Assembly: GCA_964106645.2 (NCBI GenBank) | Contig: OZ067042.1 | Reading direction: 5' to 3' (one strand) | DNA length: 64,000 nt | Source: Podarcis pityusensis | Taxonomy: Eukaryota | In this document: positions 51,901 to 64,000 of the stretch, one piece after another | Layout of the letters: each line of letters starts with the position of its first letter | Numbering within the stretch: the stretch's first letter is position 1 | The notes under the pieces: generated by a model | The model's database searches: none | Told to the model about the DNA's origin: nothing | Seen by the model: the letters and a program-made list of their open reading frames with translations, nothing else | Position numbers and translations under genes: made by a program

Positions 51901-54843
51901 ACGGGTCAGTCAGTACCGTCTAGCCGCACATCTGGGCTCTGCACTTGTTCTTTACTGCTACAGCCTGTGGACAGGACTCTCATTACTGCTGCCGCAGCAC
52001 AAGGTAAGCAAAAAGTGAGCCAGACCGGGGGCATGTATTGAGTCCCAGTTGGGCCAAGAAAGCCTGTACACCAATTGTGCCTTTGGAGGGAGGCACACTG
52101 CCACCGTGCAGACCAAACTGCCACTGTATCCTATATGTGCTCAGCCTGGAAGAGGAAAATTACTAATCTTGGGAAATGTCAAAGAGATAACGTTCCTGGA
52201 AGCACCACCAAAGCTTACCAGTCAAGAACTCTGTTAGCACTGACACTCCCATGCATAGAGGGAGCCAGTGAACTTGCAGTGGGAGGCACACACTCCTGCA
52301 TCACATGCAAAACTAGCGCCTGTTGCCAATTCTCAGGCAACCCTTCAGGTAGGGTTTCAAATCCCTTTATGGTGATCACAGCCACTGCTTTGGAGCATCA
52401 CACGAAAAGGGAAAAAAGGAGAGCCCACACAACACTGCACCCTTATAGTTCACTTGGTAGGATGGCCTCTTAAGAGGGTAGTTATTTAAGAAAGCATAGC
52501 AGGAGAAATGCAGACTGAGAAGAATTCAACCTGGCATGAGCTATTCCGTTTCTTACAGTGCAGTCTGCCACAACTTCCCCAGCTCTAGCAAGGCCGCATC
52601 CTTGCCACAGAAGATATTGCCATGCACTTTTGCCCTACACATCCAGGCAGTAGATGCTTCTGGGGCCTGTGGATCTGGTCTTGGGTATGGTGACTTGACA
52701 GCAGGATTAAATCAAGCATGCAGATGCTATCTGACTGCTTCCAAGAACGCCTGGTGATTTCTATAAAATTTGGTAGATTTGGGTTCATAGATATAATTGG
52801 ATGTAAGCCATGTCCATTAAGGGCCGTGCAGCATAACAGCTGAGTGAGAAGAGCAGAAGTCCTTGCTGCCTTAGCCATTGAGAGTGAAATAAATACGTTC
52901 CTCTTCTGTCAGGAGTCTTATTGGAAACGTGTATATATGCTGAGCCTATGGAACACTAGTTTCCTTTGCACATACTCCCTTTAGAATATATAAAAAGGCC
53001 ATTGCATATTCTTGTGATCCTCCTCCTGTTTTGACAGTTACCAGAAACCCGTCAACTCCTGCGCCTAAGAAGGTTTGCTCATGGAACATCAGGCCTGATC
53101 TTTCTCACTGCCCTCTCAGGTAAAAGTCCCTGTCACTTTTGCACCAATCTCTTTCTTTTGAGAAGCAATAGACAGCATGGTCATGGATGTGTGTTTCTTG
53201 CTTCATTTCCCATTGGGAGGGTCTAGACTTTTTCAATTCCAGGTTACTGAAATGCTTCCTCTTCATGCTGGTCAGATAACATCACTGGGAACTGTTTTGT
53301 GGCCTTGAGGGAAGGACCTAAAACTCTCACCGTGATGGTTTTTAGGTGGCTTGTTCTATTACATTCATACTTCCAAGTGTGACAGACTCTCTTCTCTGGA
53401 ACTCTAGGGGCATTTGTGGCAGGACTGGATGCTGGTCTTGTATACAATTCATTTCCCAAGATGGGGGAACGCTGGATCCCTGATGATCTCCTTGCCTTTT
53501 CCCCAAAGTTGAAGAACATATTTGAGAATCCCACAACCGTGCAGTTTGATCACAGGATTCTGGTATGTTTCTTCCTCTTTATGCTCTTAGATAACACCTC
53601 TTTTTTAATTGGTTGCCGTTCTTGGGTTTGTGTTCATTCCAGGTGGCAGTGTAACTGGGAATGTGGGAATGCAGGCCCCTTAACTCAGAGTAGAGCACTT
53701 GTTTGCATGCCTAAAGTACTGGTTTCCATCTCCACTGTCTTTAATTAAAGGGTGCAAGTTACAAGGGGGGGGGGGTTAGTCTAAACATTAAGGAGAACAT
53801 CATGATGACATGAGTTTTTTGAAAGAGGAGCAGACTGCCCCAGAAGTGATGGACTCTTTTTCAGAGGCTGGATTTTCAGGGATGCTGTAGTAGTGAGGTT
53901 CCTGCATTGCCTTTGGACTAGATGACCTTTTAAGATCCCTTCCAACTCCACTTCTAAGCCCTTTGTTGTCATTGCAAAGCTTCTCTGGTTCCCTCACTGG
54001 ATATTTACTCTTTTCCCTTTAGGGAGTTTCCTCTGTTGCAGCCATTACAGGTCTGTACCTGTTTTCCAGGAAGATTCCTCTCCCACGGAGGACAAGGATG
54101 GCAGTTGCTTCCTTACTGGCTGTGGCATACCTCCAGGTATTATCTATGCCCTTTAAAACACCCTTTTAATTGTAACTTAGTAGTGTCCTCTGATGGAATG
54201 GCAAGTTTCCCCTTCCTTCCAGGTAGGTGCCTGCCTTCTCATCACTGATAATGCTCTCTTGGTTGCTGGTCTCAGGCATTTAAAACTGAAATTGGTGGGG
54301 ACCAATTTTTATTTATTTATTTATTTATTTGGCTTTGAAGGACAAAGGGGGGAAATAGAGCTGCAGTCGTGCTCTTCTGTGGAAATATTGCACAGTGCTA
54401 TGGTCACTGCCCTTCTCTGCCTTCTGGGTTTAAACTGAGAAGGCAAAGGGGGAACATCAGTGCAGTTTCATTAGCATTGTATCATGAAGCACTATGACAG
54501 CTACCTCATCCTGTAGCAGGTTATTTACACTGGGAGAGAGACAGAACATATAAAAATCCCCATACCAATTGCTTATGAAGCTTCTTGTGTATAATTCTGT
54601 GCTATAAGAATACGATGCAGATGTATTTGCACATACTTCTACATTTCAGCTATACTGGTAAGCAAACTTTGCTTATGCCTGAAACTTCATTTTATTCTTG
54701 CTCCTCTGCAGGTTACCCTGGGCATCAGCACACTTCTCCTGTATGTCCCAACTCCTTTAGCAGCCACTCATCAATCAGGTTCCCTGGTATTGCTCAGTGT
54801 GGCGTTGTGGCTGATGCATGAACTGAAGCGGATCCCGAAATAA
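48940..54843 (+). CDS. COX15: Heme A synthase COX15, complete, 9 exons, 406 aa
   Basis: Exons 48940-49011, 50267-50454, 51019-51141, 51361-51547, 51836-52003, 53038-53119, 53408-53562, 54023-54136, 54712-54843 (TAA); sum 1221 nt. Motifs [76 protein letters not shown] and LAATHQSG. Arg/Leu-rich N-terminus resembles a mitochondrial presequence. AATAAA at 55375-55380. Confidence 0.96.
53780..53960 (+). mobile_element. CR1 LINE 3' fragment
   Basis: CTAAACATTAAGGAGAAC...TTGGACTAGATGACCTTTAAGATCCCTTCCAACTC, a typical CR1 3' end. Confidence 0.6.
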
Positions 54844-56739
54844 CCCTGCTTCCCTATTTAGCCAGCCTCTTTGCTAGTGCTGAAGGTTCACGGTTGCTGC
54901 CTTTGCCCCACGTGTTGTATGCTCCTCTTCCTGAAAGCCTTAATTTGAACAGAAGGCGAGGCTGAGCAGCACCTTGATGTCATGAGTTGAAGTGCTTTGT
55001 TGCAAAACTTGGTGAACATGAATCACCATCCTTTGCTTAAGGTGTGAGGTTGATAAGGTGGGCTCTGGCAAGAATGATGGTCGTTTGAGGTGTGTCTTGC
55101 TTCCTGCTGAGCTGTCTGTATGAGGCTACAGCCATGAGCCTTTTACATTCTGTGTCGGATGGATATAGAGAATGGATTATGGGGTGAGTGGGCCTAGAAA
55201 TTTGGATGAACAGCAAATGAAGGCATTTCAAAACTGTATTATAAGGGTGATGGGTGGCATAGTTTGTGGATTTTCTTTAGCAGAATGGGGTTTGAGTGCA
55301 ATTTTTTGCATTAGAATATTGAAATGTGCACTGTAATTTAACCATGCAGAAGACCCACAGTCCTTTCCTTATTTAATAAAAAAAGTTTCTCAATATTTCT
55401 CAGTATCTCAGTATTTTAAAACTGACTGTTCTTACAATGTCCCTATGCAATGTACCTTCATAAGAAACTCTGCTGCAGCAAATCAAAGGCCCCATCAAGT
55501 CCATCATCTTGTTCTCAGTGGCCAACCAGATGCCTGTGGCAGCTTTCAAGCAGGCACATGAGTGGGTTGATTTGGAACACGTTTCATTAACATCAGTATC
55601 CACAAAGGATTTTTTCTGGGGAGGGGAGGGGGAGAGTAAATGCTGCAAATGAGTAAATAAACATAATTAGCAGCAGAGAACAAATCTAACAATTCTGGTG
55701 GATCAGGTGACTTCCTAGACTTGGGTAGACCCCTGAGAAACTTGTATTACACATTTATCCCTTTCCTTCTCAGTGGGTTGACCTGCTACAATGGGTAGAT
55801 GGCTTTTCACTCATTGCTGAAGCCCTTAATTCTTTCCTGGGCAGTGCTGCTACACTCAACTTCACAGTCTCCCACTTTGCTTCATTTCCCTAAAAAGCCC
55901 TATCATGTACCCTACAATTCAGAGTTGTACTACACTACTGCAGTTCCCTACCACTGCCTCTCGGCAAAATGAGCCTAACATGAAATCAGCCCCAGCCCAG
56001 CCTGCTTCAGTATTGGTATAATTATGGCAGGTTGGCAGCAGAGTATCTTTTAAAGTGTTTGCAGATGGGGGGGGGGTTGCTATGAAATGTGACTTTGAAA
56101 GATGATGGACTACTTACTGTCTTTGCTGCTACATTTTTCTTTTATACATTACTTGCCAGTATTGGATACCTGAATTGTTTTCAGTGGGGTAGCATTCACT
56201 TCACCAGCAGTGAAGACCGGCATAAAAGGCTTTAAACCAAACCCAAGAGTGGAGACACAGGTGTTTCACTCAAGTATTAAATTGGCTAGATCTAGTTTCC
56301 TTAATGTCATCCATTGCTTCATTCATTAGCTAGAAACCAATGAATGCGCTTAGTGAGAGCCCGGATACTGAGAGGGGATGGGTGTCAGAAGGAGAAGGAA
56401 CTGATACTGGTTTCTGTGTATTATGTTGCAGTAATGCAACATTTTTATACATAACATCATATTTGTAAAATTTTCTGATCAGCTTGTTTTCTGTACACCA
56501 CTTAGAGGAATTTTTTGTATATTTTAAGTGTTATAGAAATGCCCTAAAATGGATAGAAACCCTGAAAGGTTGGAGGGGTAAGTCTTCTCACAAAATAAAG
56601 GTGGAGATTGGTGCCTGCACATTTTTGTTCATATCTGGGTCTACAAATTCTATAACCTTTCTGTAGAGCGGGGTGAGGGGGAGGGGGAGAGTAGAAACCT
56701 GTAAATGTGGTGATCATGGCTCATTAGAGGGAGCAACTA

Positions 56740-57240
56740 CCCCAACCCCGGCGGACGCCTATACGATGCCCTTGCCTGCAACGACTCGAGTAAGATTCGA
56801 CCTGCCTTCTCCGCTCCTCGCAATACACCCTCCGAGGCAGCAGGGGGCGGTACGAAACAGCTCCATTCGGAACCGAGGCTCCAAAATACGGGGTGGCGAA
56901 GGGGGAAAAACACCGGGAGGGTGCACGGAGTTCCAATTGGTTGCGGACCGGGCCAGAAGCGAAGGAAGCGAGAGGCGGAGACTCACTCTTCTTGCGGTCT
57001 CGGCGGCGGCGGCTTCTTGTCCTTCATCCCGTCGGTCGCTCCCAACCTGCCTCGCTATGACGGCGCACAGCTTCGCGCTGCCGATCATCCTCTTCTCGGT
57101 CTTCTGGGGGCTCGTGGGAATCGCCGGGCCGTGGCTCGTGCCCAAGGGGCCCAACCGCGGGTGAGGCTCCCCGCCCGCGCAGCCTCCGCCCGCCCGATCC
57201 ATCGCCGGGTCTCCCGGTCATCGCCATCGCCAAATAGATC
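56740..57240 (+). promoter_or_regulatory. CpG island/promoter of ATP6V0E2
   Basis: Dense CpG around exon 1; overlapping CCAAT/ATTGG palindrome CCAATTGG at 56933-56940. Confidence 0.7.
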
Positions 57241-57406
57241 AATATATACATTGTGATCTAGAATTGCGAGGGAAGGGTGATGGTGGTCCCTGCTAAAGGC
57301 TTTGAGAATATCTATATCTAGATAGATGATTGATTGATAATGTGAGAATGACCTATATATCCAAAAAGATCACTATATAGAGATATTGATATATTGGGAG
57401 ATGACA

Positions 57407-57444
<38 letters not shown>

Positions 57445-58789
57445 CCTTTAGCAGGGACCAGCACCCGCTTCCCCCGCAAGTGCGACACTCGCAGGCTTTC
57501 CTTCTCCGCAGCCGCCTTTGGCCTTGAAGGAGGCCCGATCCACGGATGCTGTGAACGGGACTCCGCATCGCTTCAGACTGCCAAGTTGGGGGGAATCACA
57601 TTTATGAGTGCAACCTCGCGTTGGAAACACCAGCGACCCTGCAAATAGCAAACTAGTATAGCAGCCAAAGGGCTGGGCTAGGGTATTTTTCTCTTATGAA
57701 CATGGTATATAGGAGCCCGGGGTGTGGGAGCAGGGAGGAAGAGCGTTGAGTAGTGCCTGATCTGGGAATCCTTTCTCCTGTGTGACCCCCTTGACTGTTT
57801 CAGTAACAGCACAATGCTAGCCATGTCTACTCAGAAGTAATTCCTAATATATTCAGTGGGGTTTACTCCCAGGTAAGTAGGGTTAGGGTTGCAGCTTTAC
57901 TCAATCTTTTTTCTTTTTCATTTTTTCACTTCACAGAGTGATTATTACCATGTTGGTGACCACAGCCATTTCCTGCTATCTCTTGTGAGTATTGCGTAGG
58001 GGAGATGGGTTGTGGGTGTAGGTTGTGGGTGTAGGGCTGGGTTGTACCCAGCAGGAAACCAACCACCCTCATAACTTTATTTAACTGGCTGCTTCCTGAA
58101 TATTGGGAATCTAGGAAGGAATCCCAAATAGCAGCAGCTCTCCTGTATGCACCACCTTGGAGATGCTCAAGTTTCTTCATGGTTGCCAGGTCCTTATTCT
58201 ACACATAGGTGCATAAACAGCCTGCCTCTCTTTCATAAAATAAGCTTTTGGGTAATCTTGGATCATGGTACACTGTCTCTTCCAATATGTCTTGGCATCA
58301 TTCATGCATGATGCTCCCAGGACCCCATATACGAACAAGGAGTGGATTTTGCATCCCATAACAAGCCTTAGACCATCTCTGATCATACACCAAAGCACTA
58401 GACTGTTCTAGCTGCCCTAACATCCTGTCTGGCTCAGCTGTTATGCTAAGCTAGACACTCTCAGGCATAATGCACCAGGGCAGATCTTCTTGTAGTACAT
58501 TTAAAGAACTAGAAGACTTTGCTTCCTATATTATATATCCCTCCTACAGTGATACTGTCCTCTTTATAAGAATAACTGTTACTTACAAAAATGACCTAGC
58601 AGTTACTTGCAAAATATGACTTTTTGTATTTCAGCACTAGTGCAAAAGGAGTTGTGATCCAGTTTATATGTCTCCTTCCTATCTTTCCCTTGCAGCTGGC
58701 TTATAGCACTCCTGGCCCAGGCCAACCCGCTGTTTGGACCCCAGCTGAAGAATGAGACCATCTGGTATGTGCGCTTCCTGTGGGAGTGA
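57057..58789 (+). CDS. ATP6V0E2: V-type proton ATPase subunit e2, 81 aa, 3 coding exons plus a non-coding last exon
   Basis: Exons 57057-57160, 57937-57984, 58696-58789 (TGA). Exon 3 continues to a donor after 58817; probable UTR exon from 59312 with AATAAA at 59812-59817. Protein [81 protein letters not shown]. The MTAHSFALP and WYVRFLWE termini match e2 rather than e1. CpG island over exon 1. Confidence 0.93.
57408..57443. repeat. (CA)18 microsatellite in ATP6V0E2 intron 1
   Basis: Uninterrupted CA run read directly from the sequence. Confidence 0.95.
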
Positions 58790-61058
58790 ACTGGACCACT
58801 ATCAACCAATTCAACAGGTACTTGCTCTGTCCAGCACTACCTAACCTACCTTACTAACACACAAATACATTACATGCAACTCATTAATAGCTTGTAAGAA
58901 AAAGGAATCTATTTGCTTCCAGTTTACAAAGATTCCCTTCCTTGGTTCCTTGCCTGACTCACCTGTCAATGGCATAGCCCAGGGATGGGGAACTTATGGT
59001 TCTCTAGATGTTATTGGATTCTGACTCCTATTAGCCCAATCCAATATAGCCAGTCAGGGATCATAGTCCAGCCACATGAGAATCATAGGTCCCATCCCTG
59101 GCTTAACCAATAGAACCAGAAAGGTACCTGTAATCTGTCTCCAATAGGGTTGCCACTCTGTGGTTCTATAGGACAGGTCACTTTCTCATTGTCTGTAAAA
59201 GGTAGCTATAGTAAATCTCACTGAAAGGGCAACAGGTTGATTGTTCCCAGATATCTTCTTATCCTGCTGGGGTAAGGTCAATACTAAGAAATCTTTTTCT
59301 CTTTTTCCTAGGCTTCCTTCTGATGCTAGATAACAGCTCCACCCCTTGTCCCTTCCAGTACTAACTCAACGGATCTTTTGCTTGCACTCTAAATTTCCCC
59401 ACAGCAGTAGGGCCAAGACCCAAACATATGAAGGGACCATTTCACTTGTTTAACCATCTCCCACCTGTTTTAATTGATGCATCTTGGTGGCATCTGCTCT
59501 TGGGTTTGATGTTGTAACTAAATGTCCCTCTCGTGGCAGTTAGGGGAAATGTTTGCATTTTGAAAGTCCTGTAACAAACGCTAAGTTTGAATAATTGCTG
59601 ATGGAGCTCTGGAACACACTCTTGGGCAAGAGACAAGACACCTTCCTTACTTTTACATGCGATGCTCACCCAATCAATCTGTTCTCTCCCTATCTTTGTC
59701 CATTAGCAGTGAAGCTGCTGCACTAGGATGCATTTGCCTAGAATTCCCCCTTCCACTATTATTTATAATGTTGCGTATTTGTATTTATTGAGTGTAAACT
59801 GGTATTGTGAAAATAAATTTTTTTAGTATGTGAGCTTTCTTTGTCTTCTGTTAAAGAGATCTGATATGGGGCCCAGAAGTGCTTGAAATTCAGCCAGGGT
59901 AATACTCCAGCCTCCATCCATAGCATCTAATTGGTATTGGGCTGAAATCAAAATTGGTGTTTCCTGACAAGGAGCACTTCAGTAAACTATCCGGGTGGTG
60001 TAAGCAACTAAGCCACTGCAAATTTCCAGACTAGGATTTATGATAGTAACCCTATTGTGTTCAGGACCATACAGCAATAAAGCAAGTTCTTTTCCTTAGG
60101 CCTACAATTGTAGATTGGTTCTCATTCTTGAGCACAGGTGAGAAATTATGGTTTTTACAGCTAGTAGTGATCTACACCAACCAACAAGCTTCCAGCACAA
60201 CTAGCATCAAGAAACTCTGCTTACACAGTTCAGCATAATTTATTGCTACAGTAACTGGAGTTCAAGTATGAAAACAAATTCATAATTTAACTTAGCCCAT
60301 AGCTGATTGAGTTTATGGGCTAGGTGTTGTTAAAACAAGTACCAGGGACAGCGTTCCACAGTTCAAGGTGGTCTTCTGTGAAACTTGGAACTGCTGGAAG
60401 CCCCAGTGCCGGGACAACAGCACTGAGACACACTGAATGAAGGGTAAATGTGGGATTTGAAAGGAGGGTGTGCAAAATGTATTTGTGGGGAGGAGTGTGA
60501 AGGAAGGCAGCAAATTATCTGCCTTGGTTTTTTTAAAAGGTTATTTCTTGCCCTCAAGGAATCCTGTTTGCACGACTCCTTTTTTGGTCCTATCACAGAC
60601 ATCAACAGAAGTGGGGGGGGGGGCTTGCTCATAGTAAAGCATCAGAAAGAACCACTTTCTTTCCTTTTGTGGGAGAGCTGTCCAGTTCTTGGCCACACAA
60701 GGTCCTTCTCCCTCCCTTCCTGAGTAAATCAAGTTTCTTTGGTCACTTTCAGCTATGCTGCCTTTTGCCCACTGTCAAGGGTAACAGAGATCAGCTTCCC
60801 TTGCCTCATAACACCTGCGGTGTGATTCTCCCACAGTGGCTGGGGATTTCAGCCATGGAGGAAAATCCAGAGTCCATTAGGGTTGAGCGGCTTGGGTTAG
60901 GGGGCAAGTCTGAGCAGACACTGTTTAGGCCCTGGGGTTGGGCTGGAGTCCTACAGAATTCCGGACTAGCCCGCAAGAGAATCACAGCTTCTGGCCCATT
61001 AAAAGCCACTGCCAATAGGGCAGACATGGAGAGAGTTCACTGAGAGGTAGTTCTTTTG

Positions 61059-63508
61059 TCAGGAGGCTGCCTCCTGTGCTGGCAGCGGCACCACTTCTGC
61101 TAGCCACAGCAGGTCCAGCTGTGCCACGTGCAACTGCTTCTGGTGGATGCGGCGCAGACGGAAGAGGTAGAGTCCAATTGCAAGCATCACCACAAGAATG
61201 CACACAAAGAAAAGGTAGTGGTTATAAACAAAGGAGAGACGGAGCCAAGGGCTGCGAGGTTGGTGGATGCTCTCCTGGCGGAGATCCCTGAAAAACAAAG
61301 AAAAATCAGTCTGAAGTTAAAATGTGAAGCTGCGCTAAGCTTGAATTTCTTGCAACTAGCAGACAAAGAAGCATTCCAGATACTGGAGTAAGTATGATTC
61401 CCAAATACCTGGCTTTTCTCAGGCCTATGCCCTACAGACCATTTGTAAATAGATGAGAGGTGTCAAAAACATAGGTTTAGTTTTTTAACATTTAAGACAC
61501 CATGTTGCCTACTGATAAAGGATCAACTTCCTTTTCATGCAGGCTCTGTGCTTCATTGAGAGTGCATTTGATGTCTCTCCCTTAGGTACCTCTTAAAAAC
61601 ATACCAGGTCTCTACATGTGTCTGCTTTCTCCTTTTCTGTTTTTTCAGAAAAGCACTGCTGGCAGATCAGTTGCTTTCTCAAGTTTAAAAAATGAAACTT
61701 CAGACTTTAAACACAGAGTACTGAACTCTTCCATGTCTCAAGCTCAATTCTATGCATGCTTATTGAGAGTAAGCCCTCCTCATCTTGAACTCTGTGAGGC
61801 TTACTCCCAAGTTGACATATTAAGATGACTGAACACTCTAATTAGGGCTAGAAAACCAGCATTTTACTCCTAGTCAAATGCCATGGTCCAGTTCTTTACT
61901 GAAGACCTTGTTTGAAACACTGATTCTGAAGTAACCCAAAGAACTCTACCACTCTTAAGATGAGAAAACATGCAGTGGGCAGCAATTTAGGTTACCTGAG
62001 TGGCAGAAAGCGAGTTTTATAGAGAATGGCTCCCAGTGTCCATTGTACCTCACGATCATACACCAACTGGGCTGTGCGCAGACCAGAATAATCCTTGGGG
62101 AAATGAAAGCCTTCATGCAGGACTTGGTGCATCCATGCTGATTTGAAGCACTGGTACCTGCAAGCAGAGCATAGAGACTCCATCACAAATACGCTGGACT
62201 GAGGCTCATCAGTTGAGAAGACTGTTGGGAGGCAATCTTACCCCCACCCCTTCACCGTCCATGGAAGAAGAGTTAAGGACCAAGCACATTCTCTGTGAAA
62301 GGGAAGAATGGATTCTTACTTGACACGGTGCAGATCTGCATGTGCTGAGTATAGGTGGTCTCGGAACCTCTGGGTCAGTAAGGACCAGCTCAGGCTGCAA
62401 TAATCCTGGAAGGAGGCAAAAGACATGAGTGGGCACAGAAACAACACCCCCTATCCTGGCAAAGTGATCACATACTTTAGAGTCACCTGGGCAGCACGTG
62501 TGAACGTGGGCATGTGGTACAGTCCTCCCAGGCGCAGCACATCTTCGGTGCAGTAGTAGAATTCAGAGAACCCATAGAATTCGCTGTTAACAAAGTCAAT
62601 TGGTGCCTGATAGGTGTTGCGCAGAGAGACCATGGTTCTGTTGTCTCCCGCCAGCAGGAGGCGCACTTGCTTCACACACGACTGCCAGTCCCCCTGGCCC
62701 TTGATGTGCAGGGTCTGGCCGCCATGCTCCACAACATCCTCCAGTCCCACAGGCAGGCAGGGGTCCAAGACGGGCACACCAGCATTTGTGCCAAGCTGCT
62801 CACCCTGCAACCTGCAACGAGAGCCTAAGCTTCAGGGTTGGGAAAACACAGACATCCCCAGTGGCAAGTTATGATCAGTGAGTTCTTCCATGCCACCCCG
62901 AAACAGGCTAGAGGTATGCATGTGGACCATCAAAAACTTCTCCCATTGATCTCATCACTCAGGGAGCCTGCCTCCTACAAATAAACACACACCCTCTCCC
63001 AGGATGCCACACCTTGAACTCCTGGGGGCAGTGGAATCCAGAGCTGCCTTTAGCCAGACCTTTTGAAACCTGGCAGCATGAGGACATCACCTGTTGCGGG
63101 TGGTGGTCTGATTCAGCACCAGCTCTTCATAGCGCTGTCGGGCGTAGTTGCCCCCAAAGCCCAGGAAGGTGCTGACATAGACTCGGTACACATGCTTCGT
63201 GTGTTGCATGTCACAGCCAAGGTTGAAATCAGCAAGCAGGCTCTTGGCAGCTTCCTCCTGTCGGTAGCAGAGGGGAGGGTGGCAGGGGGAGGGAGAGAGG
63301 GAGTAAGAAACAGTGCCCAACCTGGACCATAGCACATATTTCCTTCCCAAGCTACACACCTCCTGCGGGGAAGAGAAGGACGTGGAAGTCGGCACCTCAT
63401 AGGCGATTTGCAGAGAGGCACCTCCCATGTCAAGGATCCCAACGGTCCTCTTTCGCACCAGGGTTTCTTCCTGGCCAGCCGGGGTCACAGAAATCACTGC
63501 ATCTTCCT
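61059..63508 (-). CDS. ENTPD7: Ectonucleoside triphosphate diphosphohydrolase 7, last 6 exons; 5' part outside the window
   Basis: Exons 63360-63508, 63091-63257, 62487-62811, 62320-62405, 61996-62157, 61059-61287 (TGA). Apyrase conserved regions ILDMGGASLQI and VQWTLGAILY, plus YVSTFLGFGGNYARQRY, FYGFSEFYYCTEDVLR and a C-terminal TM segment. Synteny with COX15 favours ENTPD7 over ENTPD4. Confidence 0.93.
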
Positions 63509-64000
63509 CTACAATCCCAGAGGGAGGGAGAGAAAGAGAAAGAGAGAGTTTCCAAAGCAATGGAAAATGGAGGTGGAAGATGGCACATCCTCATACCTCT
63601 TGGGCTGAACACTAGAAATGTCTAGGGTTTGAGGGGGCAGAAATTAGGGAAGAAGTGGGGATCAGCTCTAGTCTCTCTTGCTCACCTTCACTCCTGCTAA
63701 ACTGCAGAATGGGAAGGGGCCTTAGGTCAGGTCATGTGGGGAAGCCAAATCTCCATTCCTGCTGGGAATCGAGCAAACTGTGCTGGAGATTCCCTCCCTT
63801 AAGATGGAACTGAGCCAAAAGAGAAAACTTCTACCTACCCATTCAACTCCACCGTCCCTTTCCCGCAGTCTCACCTTCTTCGTGGTCAAATCTTCCCAAT
63901 ACAAAGTTGATGCCTATCCAAGAATAGACTCCTGGGAAATTGGGGGTGGGGAAAGAAAGAGAATCAAGAGCAGTGTTGGGTTCCTTGAAGGTACAGGACT

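Noticed and set aside
56673-57056. In-frame N-terminal extension of ATP6V0E2 (GTG at 56673, ATG at 56766)
   Set aside because: Lies in the GC-rich promoter upstream of the CCAAT element, where open frames are expected by chance; homology starts at Met 57057. CAGE or ribosome profiling would be needed to revive it.

Overview
Vertebrate genomic DNA, almost certainly from a squamate and probably a lacertid lizard, judged from Sauria/Squam-type SINEs. The window is the orthologue of the human 10q24.2 block. It contains the last 8 coding exons of DNMBP (+), a complete 32-exon ABCC2/MRP2 (-), complete CUTC (-) and COX15 (+) on a ~260-bp bidirectional CpG promoter, a complete ATP6V0E2 (+) lying between COX15 and ENTPD7 (it is not at this locus in human), and the last 6 exons of ENTPD7 (-). 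All exons were mapped by hand to GT-AG boundaries with consistent phases. The most striking element is missing from the ORF track because it runs off the left edge: the 5' end of an apparently young class II (betaretrovirus-like) provirus inserted antisense in a DNMBP intron. It comprises a 352-bp 5' LTR (686-1037), a primer-binding site matching elongator tRNA-Met rather than tRNA-Lys, and an open gag (539->1) with myristoylation signal, matrix CPWFPEDGT motif and late domains. Its structured leader has a splice-donor hairpin, a 10-nt palindrome and a 14-nt complement to U3. Introns otherwise carry ordinary SINEs, MITEs and LINE fragments. Family names and human comparisons are from recall; no database searches were run.
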